Shown one piece after another: positions 50,863 to 63,955 of a stretch of DNA of 64,000 nucleotides. The DNA is from Lama guanicoe. Taxonomy: Eukaryota. A program made the position numbers and the translations under genes. Position 1 is the stretch's first letter. The number at the start of each line of letters is the position of its first letter. The DNA lies in assembly GCA_013239625.1 (NCBI GenBank), contig MU055356.1, positions 3,612,575 through 3,676,574 on the forward strand. Direction: 5' to 3'. A model generated the notes under the pieces. That model saw only the letters and a program-made list of their open reading frames with translations. It searched no databases and had not been told where the DNA came from.

Positions 50863-53688
50863 ACCCTCGACCTTATTTACACCACAGGCTTGTCAAGTAG
50901 GTCATGTGTGTTACAGTAAATTGAATTACATTTTACTGAAACAGGTTTTCCTGTTGATTTAGTTTGAATTAATAAAATGCACATTGTTTATCGATGTTAC
51001 GGGAGTCTCTGTGTCCAGTCTGAAAGATTCAAGAAAAGCCCATTTGAATCTGAAATGGCACAACTGCACAATTATACCTCTAAGAGCTTTTACTAAGGAA
51101 GCCAAGACAGACCAGTTCCTTGTTTGATACATATGTTGGGAAAAATTAATTAAACCATTAACAACCATATATGTATAAGTCAATAATTTCCTTTCAAAGG
51201 AAGCAGTCTGTTGGAAAACAAAGATCGATTAGAAGAACAAAAAGATATGAGATCTAGTTCTTCGTCTTGTATCTACCTGCTGTTTAATTTAAAAGAGTCT
51301 CATAAGTTCATGTGCTTCAGTTTTCCTATCCAGAAATGGGTAGCACTAATTCATCCAATTATCAAATGTTCATGAACATCTATCTACTGGATGCAGGGCG
51401 CTTGGCTGAGATGAAGAAGAAAAATTGTAGGATCCTTGACCTCATGAATTAGATAATCAATTTACCACTAGTGATAGAAATTGGTTCTAAATAATGGACT
51501 GTGGTAATACAGGTATGAATAAACATAATATGAAAATTACTAAGACTGTCACTAATCTGTTCAATGCACTGGGATGTGAGCCCCTAAAGGGAGGTAATGA
51601 GGAAGATAAGTGAAAGGGGAGGAAAGCAATAGGAGAGGCAAATGAACACTTTAGTACCTAAATATAATAGCTCAGAAGATCTTCAACCATCCCTGACTAG
51701 TGGACCTCGAGCACACAATGAAACACATGCCCAAGTATTAAAAGACAATGAAGTTAAAGCTGTCAGCGTGTTTGCCCATTCACGGAGGAGAAGCCTGACG
51801 CCTTCTTGGCTAGCCCAAAGGGTCTTAAAGGGTTCTCGTTTGACTTCCTTGGTATTTAACTTAGAATAATTTGCACATCCAAATTTCCAAAGAATCCAGG
51901 TTTCCTAAACAACATATGAAAATTTACATTGCAGCAGCAACACGCAACACTACCAAAATGCCCTCTGTATATTCACAAAAGCAGTTGGAGAATTTCGTCT
52001 GTGCCTCTGTAGTCCTTTTAACATCAGTAGTATACCAACGTGGCTTCCAAGGACGTGGTGTACTCCCAGTGCCCACTGCAGTTTTATTTTTCAGCTATTT
52101 TTATTGGAAGGAGTGAGTAAACTATTAAAATACAAAGGATCCTTTTAAAGCTACAAAGGAAATGTGCAAAAAGCAATGAAAAGGATAAGAAATGATTTCT
52201 AAATTGAACAGTTTGTTTTATTAACAATAACAATAAAGTAAGTCACTCAGCTCATAAGTCCTCCCAGATGAGACATCTGGGGGATTCTCTGGTCTGAAAA
52301 GAGCCTTAGCTTATGAACATGTCAGCTATGTTCTGAATAAAATGTAGATTTCACACTACAGGGGTGTGTGGCTATTTGTTCTTCATCAGGTCCAGGATTC
52401 AGTGTTACATTAAGATGCTTTTCCTTCCAATTATTTGTCTTATTTTGGACATTTTTCCATCAACTTTAGGCAAGGGAAAGGTACCAGTAACTGCTTTTGA
52501 TGAATATAAACTGTTTCAGCTACTAAGTTTAAGATCATAAGCTATCAACCATTGGTACAAATTCTAAATCCTACCCAGCTCACAAGTATAAATAGTCTAT
52601 GTTATGTTGTAACCTTTGTTGGCAAAGACCATCTCTATATTCTGGTTTCCACATTTCACATGTAATGAGTTGCAGCAGCTGAGTGGTTCTGAAGAAAAGA
52701 GCAGTGATACAGTTGTAGCCAGTTTCTAACACTGCACTGAAAATGTACTGTATTCTTTTTACAGCAAGAAAAAGAAAAAGGAGAGGGAGATTTTAGAAGC
52801 CCATGAGATACACAACATTCAGGGAGTTGCTGAAAGTCCCTAAGTTTCTCTTTTTCCATGCCCCTGTCCAAGAAGTACACTGAGGACTTGTCCTCTGCCT
52901 CTTAAATGTTGTCAGTCTTATCAATTTCAACTTGCCAATTAATTACACCCAGCTTTCTATGAAATGCTTTTCAAGGTTCACAGGCTCTACTCCACTCGCT
53001 TTTCTGCTCAAGGCATTAATGGATCATAATAACATATTATTATATTATAACAGAAATTAAAGAAGCACAATACATTTCCTGAAGCCTCCACGGATGGAAA
53101 GGCGGAATGGAAAGAATGCGGCCTTTAGCGTCAGACAGATCCATCACTTCATAGCATTATGACCTAGGCCAAATAACTTCACCTTTTATAGATGCCCGTT
53201 TTCATCAACTATAATATGGAAGATTACAGTCTCATCAGAGTGGAGGCAGATAATATATTTAAAAATTTGTTTAAATGCACCCAGCACATAATAAACTTTC
53301 AAATTTTTGGTTTTTCCTTAAAATGTTAAGCACATGGAGAACAGTTTTTGTTTTTTTTTTTTCTCCATGACATCTGATAAAAAAAAATCCTGCTTTTTTT
53401 CTTTATCAATGCCAGTGGCTACTCTAAAGTGAAAATGATTCAACGATGAGAGAGAAAAAGGAGACTGTCCATAAAATTACTCCTAGGAGAAAAGATGCTT
53501 GAAAGATGTGATCTTCACTGTAAACCTAACAGAGTGGCCTGAGGAGCTGTTGAGGTAGACTGAGGAAGCCCAACCTGACAATACTTTGCATTTCTGACCC
53601 TACTTTAACCAATGTAGCTGTACTTTGTTCTGTTTTCTGCTGTCACATATAAATGCAGGATTTAGGAAATGCACCAGGGATGGCCTAC

Positions 53689-53860
53689 TTCACAGTTTTC
53701 TTGCTGGTGCCACACACGACGTGACTGTAGTTCTGTGAAGAGAGAAGGAGCTTCCCAGAAAGGGGCAGCTGTTCTCACTATGAATAATCCCAAGGAAGTT
53801 TCATAGCCGGGCAGGCAGGTATGGGGCCAAGGATTGACCCAGACTCCCAGCCAGGAAGTC
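53689..53860 (-). pseudogene. Exon relic H (172 bp, phase 2-0): TSWLGVWVNPWPHTCLPGYETSLGLFIVRTAAPFWEAPSLFTELQSRRVWHQQENCE
   Basis: gctcatctttcaccactcAG acceptor; GAA|GTAGGC donor; open in the frame required by exons G and I. Confidence 0.55.
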
Positions 53861-54719
53861 CTGAGTGGTGAAAGATGAGCCACCCCTCCCATGAGGGGGA
53901 GGCAGAGGGAGGTCAGCAGCTGGCCTGAGAAAAGTCTGGGCTCGATCTGGATTTGTGCTGCTGTTGGAAGTTATTCCCTGTGTGGTAGGCTCCCTCTGTT
54001 ATCCCCAAGGCTTTTATCTGCCTCATTCAACAGGATAGAGTAGTCTCTGATGGATGAGGTGATTTAGCTAAGGACCTGTGTCCACATTTGGAGAAAAACA
54101 GTACAACATCCTTCTTTGGAAACCAAAGTGTGGAGTGGCAGTGATTGTCACTGAAAGAAGGTACCCAACCCTGCCTACTCTCCCAATGCAATCATCTGGT
54201 GACTTGAAGACTCTGAGCTAGATAAACAGGGGGTAGAGGAGAAGGACGTGTTTATTCTTGAGCACCTGTGAGGCAGAAACAGAAAAAATATAAATAAGCT
54301 AACATTTAGACAGCATTATATGGTCCAGGCACTAAGTGCTATAACTATTTACTCATTCAATCCTCACCAGAATTCTACTGGGTAGATATTGTCCCCATTT
54401 TAATGAGGTGGAAATTGAGGCAGGAGTGGGTTAAGTAACTTGCCCAAGTGGGATAATTAAATCGTTTGAGAACGTTTTGAGATAGGCGAATTCCCAGCAA
54501 TTTGGCAAATGGAGGCTCCTGCCATAAGAACTGGGTATGAAAAGGAAGTGTGATCGTATTTTCATAATCATGGTAGAGGTGACTTGGTAGAGGGGACCAA
54601 AGGATTTTACATAATATTTTATTTGAAAAAATAGCACTGATATTTAAAAAAAAACTCAAAAATGTCCACTTTAAGATCATTTACTACTGTTTTAGAATAG
54701 TGTTCTCGAAGTTTCTTAC

Positions 54720-54891
54720 CCATGAACCACTCAGGCGAGGTTTGCAGGCAACAAGTTTGTCTGTTCCCCTTTGCCAATGGCCATTTTCTGGTCACCATCA
54801 AAATCCCTCTAGTGGCTCTGATATCAGCATGCAGGGATAGTACACTTTGACTGCTCCTACCTCTCTGACATTGCTTGCCAGGCATTTGGGA
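54720..54891 (-). pseudogene. Exon relic G (172 bp)
   Basis: Very long polypyrimidine tract ending acccacacAG and TGG|GTAAGA donor. The phase 1-2 frame fits both neighbours but has 4 stops; the phase 0-1 frame (SQMPGKQCQRGRSS...) is open, so the frame is ambiguous. Confidence 0.65.
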
Positions 54892-56084
54892 CTGTGTGGG
54901 TTTGGAGAGGCAGGGGAGAGAAATAGTTAAAGCAAGAAAAAAAGGGAGACAGGCTCCTGCTAGAATCTCATGACTCTGGGTCATTCAGCTCCTTCCCTGG
55001 TCTGTAGTCCAAGGCCACGTCAGCCCCTCGGGAAGTTATATGTAGATTAGATATTTCATTATATATGTATTTGTACTACATTGGAACTATTTCCTAGCTA
55101 GCAAAAATATCAGTTTTCTCTGCAAACATATGCATTATACTATGCAGGATTCTAGGAAAGATGGCAAACAAATGACTGAACGATAAAAATCAAAGTAAAA
55201 AACAATAACATTTGTCCAGTGCCTTAAGGCCAGCAAAGTGTCTTTATAGTCATTGTTTCAGAGTCCACGTTAGGAAACGCAATCTATTCAAAGAATAATA
55301 CATCCTGTAATTTACGCTTTCTCTAATAAGACTATTTTAAGATCTACCAGAATTATTTAAGTATTATTATATGTGATGTTAATAAAGCTTGAATCTGGAG
55401 AAATGCTAAAGGCAGAAAACCAAGAAAAAATGCTTAAATCATAATCATTAATTAATCTTGTTTATAGTTCTTTATTAAGATTAATCACTTTTTAGGCATA
55501 AAACCCTAAGCATTAGAAAGGTTACCATGGAAAAGTTATTTAACTACTCTGTACATCACCTCTTCAATTATGAAATAGAGATAACCTCTTATCTCCTCTT
55601 AGACTACAGAGAGGGATGTAAAATATTTTGATGTCCCCTCTGCCTAAAAATTGTATGTTTCTATGGTTTTATGAACACACAACAAAATGAGTGAAGACAA
55701 AGTCATGTAAGCCTCTTCGATAATTAATTCTGCATGACAGTTTTCTTGGAAATATTAAAAGAGGAAATCAGCATATGCAAAAAGATATCCATTGTACTAT
55801 TGTCTCATACAAGTGATTTTATTGTAAAAACAAGAATTACATTTTGTGTCAGGAAATTTTAAAGTAAGCTTTCAGAGGGGCTGATGACTTCATATGGTAG
55901 TTATTTTTCACTTAAATAAAAGGAAAATGGGATAAATCATATGACATCTTACCATTCAGGCTTAATTAAAATATCTCTTCCTCTTCCACCTCCACCCTCT
56001 TTCCCATGCCGATGGCAAATAAACACCAAGTTGAATAAACATTCACTGTGTCAACTCAAGTTAAATACAAATTTAACTGCTTCA

Positions 56085-56085
<1 letters not shown>

Positions 56086-56122
<37 letters not shown>
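56086..56122. repeat. (AC)n microsatellite; others at 5362-5380, 11208-11258, 18883-18915, 23593-23645
   Basis: Direct reading. Confidence 0.9.
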
Positions 56123-56126
<4 letters not shown>

Positions 56127-56324
56127 TGCTCACGTCTCTTTTAAGAGTGTTCAATTCCTACATCATTTTTCTGTTATATGTGTATATTTATATCATAAAT
56201 ATGAAGATAAGTTTAGGCACAAAAATTTTAGAATTATTTATCTTTCAAAATAGCCTGAGTTAGAGTAACTAACCATATTCCCACCTGCCTTTTTGAAAAT
56301 AAACTTGGATCTACTGTGAGCCTT

Positions 56325-56760
56325 TCTTTTTCATTCAAGTTTATCGAAGTGCAATTTACATAGAGTAAAAGTCTCCCTTTTTTAGGTCACAGTTCTGTGA
56401 GTTTTGACAAGTGCATAATCATGTAACCACCACTACAATCAAAATATAGAATATTTTCATCACCCCCCAAATTCTCTTGTCTCTCTGTAGTCAATCCCTG
56501 CCCTTCACCCCCAGCTCACGGCAGCTACTGATCTGCTTTCGGTCCCTTAAAATTTTACCTTTTCTAGGGTAGCACATAAATGGAATCATACAGTATGTAG
56601 CCTCTTAAATCTGGCTTCTTTCTCTCAGCACTATGTATTTGAGATTCATCCATGTTGTTACATTTATTTCTAGTTCTGTTACTTTTTATATTGCTAAGTA
56701 GCATCCCATTGATCGGATATATTCCACTGTTTACCCATTTACCAGATGAAGGACTGTTTT
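56325..56760 (-). mobile_element. Ancient L1M (L1MB/MC/ME-type) 3' fragment
   Basis: AGTTCTGTGAGTTTTGACAA...GTAACCACCACTACAATCAAAATATAGAATATTTTCATCACCCC...AAATGGAATCATACAGTATGTAG...TTGAGATTCATCCATGTTGT. Confidence 0.9.
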
Positions 56761-57199
56761 GTACTTGTAAGTCTTTCTTAACATATCAGAACATGAGACA
56801 CTACAGTCTGTTGGTTAAGAGCTTAGTTTTTAAGCTAGACGGACTTTAGTTCAAATCCCAGGCCTGTCATATATTAATTCATACCCTTGGGCAAATTACT
56901 TACATTTGCTGCATCACAGTATTGTGAAGATTAAAGCAGCATGTGACCTGTAGCACCAATAAATGGCTGCTCTTTTTACTGATGTCTGTAGTTCTCAAAC
57001 TCTGCTGTCCTTCAAGTCTTCAAATGGATCCCAAACATAACATCTTTAATCACCTCGGAGCTTCTGCTCTGTCCCTTCACTTAAAATATACTTCCCCTTC
57101 TTTCTGCTTCCCATCTTCAAGACCCAAGTGCATCTTGCTCCAAGAGGAATTTCCCAATGCACGGTCCACATTTATCTTTCCATTCTCCACATTCCAGTA

Positions 57200-57412
57200 G
57201 CGTGCATTATTCAATCTGGTAGCCACTACCCAAACATGTGGTTTTTTAAAGTTTAAATTAATTACAGTTAAATAAAATTTAAATCCAATTCCTCGGTCAC
57301 AGTAGCTATATATCAAGTGCTCAACAGGAAAATGTGGCTAGTGGCTGTCATACTGGTCAATGACAATCAAGAATATTTCAGTCCTCACAGGAATTTCCAT
57401 TGGACAGCACTA
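57200..57412 (-). mobile_element. MER3 (hAT-Charlie MITE)
   Basis: GGTAGCCACTA...CATGTGG...AAATTAATTA..., TCAAGTGCTCAA...ATGTGGCTAGTGGCT..., ATTGGACAGCACT. Confidence 0.85.
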
Positions 57413-58573
57413 CTTAACACGTAAAACTACATGGTTTCCTTCAGAACTGAATTATTTGATACAGTCATACTCTCAGTTTTTCTGTGCACACAGTACTTAT
57501 ACTTCATACAAAACTAATTAGCAGGCGTGAGCATCTATTCTGTGCCAGACACTCTTCCAAGGACTGAGGCTCTGAAGACCTGCCTTCCAAGACCTTATTG
57601 TAATACAGACATTGAGCAATGATGTGTCTTCTTAGAGGTGATCCTGAGCCACCTGGACAACAAATGCTACAGGAATTTAAAAGAAGAAATGATTACCAAG
57701 GTCTAGCTGCTTGAGATGTGGATGATTGGAAGTTTAGGACATATATGAAAAGGAATATTCCAGTTAGGAAGAAGAGATACTTTTTTATATTCTTTCCAAA
57801 GAATCAAGCACAGAGCTAGACACAGAGGGTCATAAGCAATACACTGAGATGTGGAGGAACCAAATGAGAAGGAACATGAATACACACAGATAGTCATATT
57901 ACAGAGGATAATATGTGATGGACAGTCATGTGATGAGGACCTGGAAAAACAGATACTCAAAGCAGATCAAATGAAGGGCAGATTGCCAAAGGCAGGTACA
58001 GAGCAAATCCAGAGCAGGGGCGAAGAAGCAATGTCAAGTCAAGTTGAACGAAATGAATAGATGAATCGAGAACAGGCAATCAAAGTGATACTGAGGTAAA
58101 CACAGGCTCAGGGAGGAAGGCAGTGTGCAAGGGTTAGCACAATGCAGCCAGAAAGAACTCATCACCAGAGAGACTGAAGGAGGAGAGAACAGGTGTCCGT
58201 ACAGGAAGCCAGGCTGGGGAATGCAGCCCGAGTGGAAACACCATTCCAGCCATCTTTTACAGCTGATAAACCCCTATGGTTCCACATGGGCTGGGTTGTC
58301 TTCCTGTCTCAAATGCTCAAATGACATATGGAAGTCATATAAATCTTTTGGATGGGCTGAGTTTATTGGCTGAGGGCAAGATAGCTGAAGTTTTTATATT
58401 AATATTTGTAAATTAAGCATAAAGGTTAAAAATCTGCAGAAAGTCTACTCAAATGTAAGGTGAAAGTGACATCTTTAGGTTCACTGGCTTTCTGCAAGGC
58501 CCCAACCATCCTCATGGTGTCCCTCCATTTTTCCATTTTTCCAAATTAAGGACTTGTATTTAGCTTGAGTGAC

Positions 58574-58695
58574 CTGCTCCAGAGACATGGTTACAGAGAT
58601 ATGGTTTCAATCGTTTGCTGGCGGGTTCCACGACATGTGTTTGGTCAAAAGACCAATAGAGTCACAAAACAGTGTTCTTCCCAGCTTGTCTGAAG
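58574..58695 (-). pseudogene. Exon relic F (122 bp, phase 2-1): FRQAGKNTVL*LYWSFDQTHVVEPASKRLKPYLCNHVSGA
   Basis: cattttctttgatactctAG acceptor; CAG|GTCACT weak donor; phase matches exon E; one TGA; NLS-like PASKRLK. Confidence 0.6.
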
Positions 58696-59364
58696 CTAGA
58701 GTATCAAAGAAAATGTAAGCTTTTTAAAGTCTAAACCTTGGATGAGAAATCCAATGTATTTCTAGAGGAAAAGGCAATAAGACAACAACAAAACTTAAAA
58801 CTTTGCAGCTGTAGCACAGTCAATCCTGAATGATCTGCCTGAAGGACATTGTATGCCTCAAGAATCAGTCCACACACTGCATCACCCACCCCTCAGGTAC
58901 AAGGCCACTCACTGTCTGAAACCACCATGCTTATAGAATCTTCTAGATGTTCTAGAATAACCACACTTGATTTGAGTGTGCAAAGGACAGGATGCTCAGT
59001 AAGAATTCCCAGGAGAAGTTACCTACAACACCCAGGAACTAACGCCCAGAGCCTTCCAATCACATCAACTCGGGGAGGATGGGAGCTGCAGGAGGGTGAC
59101 TCGAAAGGCAAACCATCAAAGTTAGTTTACATGCTATGACGGGATTAGGCTATGGCGTTATCGTGTGTAGTGCACTTGCATTAGGAGACCCTGGGTTTCA
59201 AATTTCCCACTTGGATAAGAATGTCAGCAGTCCCTCCCGAGAGGGAGCAGAATGCCACACTACCCTGGGAAGCCAGGGTCATTGCTGTTACATCAGAGCA
59301 CTGTATCGGAGCACTGTAACGGCAGGAGAAAAGTATCCAGCGTAAATGGTCTGCCACAGACTCG

Positions 59365-59590
59365 TGGCATTGTAAAAAGAACACCAGATTTAGGTCAAGA
59401 TCCTTATTCGGATCCTAACTCTGTCACTTCTTAGCTGAGTGACCTTAGTATAATCCCTTAATTTCTCCTGTCATCAGCTTATTCACCTGTAAAATGGGAT
59501 AACACACTCCTTAACTACTTTGGTGGGGTTTTGTGACAATCAAATGAGATCGTGGCTGGGAAAACGCTTTGTAATCTGTAGATCGCTGTG
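59365..59590 (+). mobile_element. MIR (others near 19035-19180, 23815-24020, 29900-30100, 41800-41930, 53100-53300, 54290-54460, 56800-56960, 61290-61430)
   Basis: CTCTGTCACTTCTTAGCTGAGTGACCTT...TCAGCTTATTCACCTGTAAAATGGGATAA...TCAAATGAGAT core. Confidence 0.8.
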
Positions 59591-59644
59591 CTCGGGAGCC
59601 ATTATCTGGTCTTTTTCCCTAAAATATTGTTCCTTGGAACTCAC

Positions 59645-59935
59645 TTAGCCTGGGGTTTTCCAACTGCACTTCGAAAAGAACATTTTTGGAGCTACTCAAA
59701 TGAAGACTTACACAAACTATGAGTATCTGTTTTCTGCTTCTTTTTCTCTGATNNNNNNNNNNNNNNNNNNNNNNNNNNNNNNNNNNNNNNNNNNNNNNNN
59801 NNNNNNNNNNNNNNNNNNNNNNNNNNNNNNNNNNNNNNNNNNNNNNNNNNNNNNNNNNNNNNNNNNNNNNNNNNNNNNNNNNNNNNNNNNNNNNNNNNNN
59901 NNNNNNNNNNNNNNNNNNNNNNNNNNNNNNNNTCT
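59645..59935 (-). pseudogene. Exon relic E, spanning an N gap: ...SEKKKQKTDTHSLCKSSFE*LQKCSFRSAVGKPQA, phase-2 end
   Basis: TAA|GTGAGT consensus donor; possible acceptor gtgtccttgtgtgtgtattcaAG just before the gap; most of the exon is unsequenced. Confidence 0.5.
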
Positions 59936-60262
59936 CTTGAATACACACACAAGGACACACCCACATCAATGGGAAGAAACATAATACGGATTTTTGTTAA
60001 CATGGTAAAACAAGTCTACAGAAAACAGTTCCTAAAATTACATTTGCTGCAACACTGTATGGCCATTTCTTGGCTGAGAGATCCTTAACCCCCTCAAAAC
60101 CAACTGGGAAGGCTAATGTGATCTTCTAGAACCCAAGTCCACTGACTCATACAGAGCAAAGATTTAAGGGTACAGTTCAACATCGACACAGTTTTTTCCA
60201 TGAAGCAGGCATCCTGGCAAGAGAATATTCCCTAGGGTTTCACCATTTGTCAGGAGACTAAC

Positions 60263-60628
60263 CATCAGGTCCTGAACCGTGTTACATAAGCACAATGCCC
60301 TTATTGTTAGCAGCTGTTCACTGGTCAGCGTTGCACAACTGACCAGGTGCATGGCAGGATGGAGCTTTGTCTTTATCCAAAGAGTGAGGGTAGATGGGCT
60401 CAGGACTTGTCCAATGACGGCAAAACACGGGTTGCAAGCCATCAGGATTATTATAGCCCTAAGGTACTTTGCCAATTTACCCATACATGGTAGGAATTAA
60501 AGCATGCTACAGATACAAAACGAGTCGTTGGTTTAATTTGGAAACATTCTTTTTGGTTCTGTATGTTTAAGAACTGACCTGAAGCTTCATTGTCTGGATG
60601 TGAAGGTAAAATCACGGACTCAGTGTCC
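60263..60628 (-). pseudogene. Exon relic D (366 bp): DTESVILPSHPDNEASGQFLNIQNQKECFQIKPTTRF..., then probable frameshift to ...GYNNPDGLQPVFCRHWTSPEPIYPHSLDKDKAPSCHAPGQLCNADQ*...
   Basis: gatgatctctAG|G GAC acceptor in phase 2; long open start (ORF 60451-60696); ATG|GTTAGT donor; stops and a frame change inside. Confidence 0.55.
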
Positions 60629-61857
60629 CTAGAGATCATCAGACAATTCCAGGGAACATATATTTTGGAAGAAACACTTTGAATTATCAATGGCAAGGAT
60701 ATTTGATTTTAAATGATCATTTTAAGATAAATATATAATGCCAAAATGTATTAGAAGAAGCAAAAAAAAATCTCCATGTAGGATAGAACAGTTTAAGAAT
60801 ATAAAAAAAAAATCTCCTTCTGTAGTCAAGAAAAAAATTTCTTTCTCTTTAAATTAACCATTAAAGTTCAGACTTTTATATTGTGACAGGAATTTATAGG
60901 TCATTTTTTTCATCTTTTTTCTTTCCTTTAAGTTTTTCAAAGTGTATCTTTCTTTACTGATATCCCTCTTCATTTAATGAATTTGTTTTCAAAAGTTTCA
61001 GATAAGCAGCTAACTGTTACTTAAGGGTAACCAGTTGTAAAGCAAGTTATTGAATTGTCAACTCTTGTGTTCAATAAATCAGATTTTCGTAGTGAGTCAG
61101 TTTTTTTTCTTTTTGTGTCAGTTTAGTTTTTAAGGAAGTTATACCAAATAGAACTAACCTAAGGTTCTTTGTGGGGAAAAAATGACAATATTTAGGAAAG
61201 ATTAATAATATTAGCATTACTGTTATTATAGAAAATGCCATAGATTGACATCATTAAATCATTGTTTTCCTAACCTTTCTGGAGAAAGAGCTAACATATG
61301 CTGAGCGTGTGCTCTGTGGCAGGCGTAGAACTAGGAGTCCGCCCAATGCAAGAGCTCCTGTCAAAGTCAAGCTTCCCTAACGCAGAAATGAGGAAACTGA
61401 GACAAAGGGGCTAGAAAAAGCTGAAGTCCAGAGCACTTGCTCTGACTCAGCAACCTTTCATTTTGTGGCAGTAACTGTCAGGGGAGGAACAGGCCTTCCA
61501 CAGATGTTCTTCGCTAGAGCAGTATAAACGAATTCTATCTCAACATATGTACCACAGTGTGTCTTCAAGACAGATGAAAAACTAGTATCCCCAAAGAGAA
61601 CTATCAAGTATGCAAATTATGAATTCTGTTTACAGCACTTTTATTCATGAAAAACACCCTTGAGACCCTCTGGCTTGATTATATTGTTTAGTGGCAAATA
61701 GTGACTAAACCTTAGTTCCGGTTGTGAAATGTAGTAATAGAATTCAGACACATCATGGTTGAGAGACACTAAAACCCTAAAACCATTACACAATGTCTTA
61801 ATACGCCCTCAATTAGGAAATAACATTTAGATTGTTTCAGTGAAGGGTACCCCTCAC

Positions 61858-61940
61858 AACCCTGCCAGTGTGGCCGTTCTGAGGAGGATGACTCCACTTT
61901 CCGACTGGGCCGTAAGTGTATGTGGATAGTCTGTGATGAC
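61858..61940 (-). pseudogene. Exon relic C (83 bp, phase 0-2): VITDYPHTLTAQSESGVILLRTATLAG
   Basis: Acceptor ...ggaaaatAG (weak pyrimidine tract); TT|GTGAGG donor; open frame; phase 2 matches exon D. Confidence 0.55.
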
Positions 61941-63312
61941 CTATTTTCCACGTAAGGAGAATAAAGATGTTTGTTTTTATGTCTGCTTATTGTTTCTGGA
62001 AGGCATCTCTTCTAGTGACTTCTCCCTCTTATTCTTATAAAGAATGGTGTGTGTTTAACCCCAGAGAGAGTTCAAAAATAAATGTTAATGACTCAAAAAA
62101 AAAAAACAAAAACGGTGTGTGTTTGCCTCGGTTTGGAATTTACAATAGATTCTGAGAAAGTGTGTGTGTATTCAATACTTTCAGTACCAAAGTGTAAAGA
62201 ACAAAGATGATGCTTCCTGAAGTTCTGTTACCCCAGACCAGTCATGTAGGAGAAGGGACATTTACTTCTCTGCCTGATGGTTCCCTGTCTTCAGTTTCAT
62301 AGACTAGTCTTCATAAACGGGGAGTTGATTTGGGACCCTTCAAGATTCTTTCTGCTTACTTTCCAGGTGAACCTTTCCTTCCCCTGCTATGGATGACAGT
62401 TTGAACAGAACCTCCCTAAATTAGGTCCTATTTGTACCACATCTTGCAGAAATTATTCACATATTCTAGCCTATAGGTTTTCCTATTTCTATTTCCTGTG
62501 CAAATCTCATCTTTTACCTGATAGGTATCAAGAAAAAAATTACACACACACACATCATTTGGGAGGCAGGGTATTAAATGTGTGGGCTAAAAATCACAAT
62601 TTGGAAACGAAAATAAAGTAGTCCCCTTTTAGGCTTCCTCCACAATTACCATATTTTAGGGGGGAAATTAATTTCTATATCTTTTTCCAAGAATATGATA
62701 AAAACTAAAGTTACTGTCCACCTTCTTCCTTCAGTTTTGAAAGTAGATTATAAAGTAGGAGAGGTTTGCAGATTTTCTGGGAACTCTGAAATGTAAAGCA
62801 CTCTTTGACTTGCTGACTCCCTGAGGCTTAAATGTCACTTGGCTGCTTCATCCCCCATTTAAATTATATCCCCACAGCAATCTCTCCTAGCATCCTCTTC
62901 AATCAAGTAAGACCATATCTGTAATTATAAAGTTTTTAATGCCCTGCCTCCTCCACTTAATTGTAAATTTTAAAAAAATTTAACCATTATATACCCAGTG
63001 CCCATCACAAAATCTAGCACATAATAAATACATATTGAATTAATGATTAAATAAATAGCAAAACAGACAAGGTTTCTTTTGTTTGTTTTTATGAAGGAGT
63101 TTAAAGAAATAAAGAGTCTTAAAACAATTGCCCTATCCTTTGCTGGTGTGAGTACATTTTCACACAAATCTACAATTATAGATTAATCAAGAAATGTCAT
63201 GTGCCTTCCTCCTGACCCACCACATCTGAATGCCTTTGCTTTGTGGAGTCATGGTGGGCTGATTTCTGACTTAAGCTGTAAACAAAGTGCATAGCAGGAT
63301 TAGATACACCAC

Positions 63313-63372
63313 CTGGGATGTTTTAGGATTCTGGTCTGGCCTTTAACAGGTTGGCTTGGAAATTTGGGCCAC
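63313..63372 (-). pseudogene. Exon relic B (60 bp, phase 0-0): VAQISKPTC*RPDQNPKTSQ
   Basis: gttgtcttttgaattgctAG acceptor; CAG|GTGGTG weak donor; length a multiple of 3; one in-frame TAA. Confidence 0.45.
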
Positions 63373-63955
63373 CTAGCAATTCAAAAGACAACGTGATAAG
63401 GCAGATGTTACGCCTAGACCCTCTACAAGTCTTCTAACACTTTCACTAAACACTTTTTCACTAAAAAATTAATATTTTAAATGTTTAAAGGGCATATTTT
63501 TAAGTAAAACAGACACCACCTTTTGGCAAACCAAGGATCTGTCATCTCATTTAGACACATAAGCCAACAGACAAATATACTGCATACACTAACATGGAAA
63601 AACACATCTTGTTCAAACTCAGGTTTCAAACAACTAATGGATTTCTCTCAATTAGTCTGTATTACAATGTTCTAGACTAAGCCTTTCTAATGGCTTAATA
63701 ATTAAAGATGTAATAAATCTAGGTAAGCTAGTCAAAGTTGAGGTTTATCTCCTTATGGCATCTACAGTGACTATAAGATCATTTCAGATGGCTGAGTTAC
63801 CACATATAAGTTAAATAGGAAAGTATCCCTTTCATCTTGGCCCAGATAGGTGAATTATCTCAGAAGGAAAGGTATGCTGATTCCACCCGAGACCTGAACC
63901 ATCCTGCTCCAGTCCAGGCAGGGCTCCCTAAGATCAGCAAGAAGCAGCTACTCAC

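Noticed and set aside
52614-52736. Extra minus-strand exon candidate (AVLETGYNCITALFFRTTQLLQLITCEMWKPEYRDGLCQQ)
   Set aside because: Short pyrimidine tract, weak GTTACA donor, and phase 2-2 does not fit the preferred H-I junction; possible only if exon H uses another frame.
55945-56085. Good donor ATG|GTAAGA on minus strand
   Set aside because: No convincing acceptor or frame; adjacent to a microsatellite.
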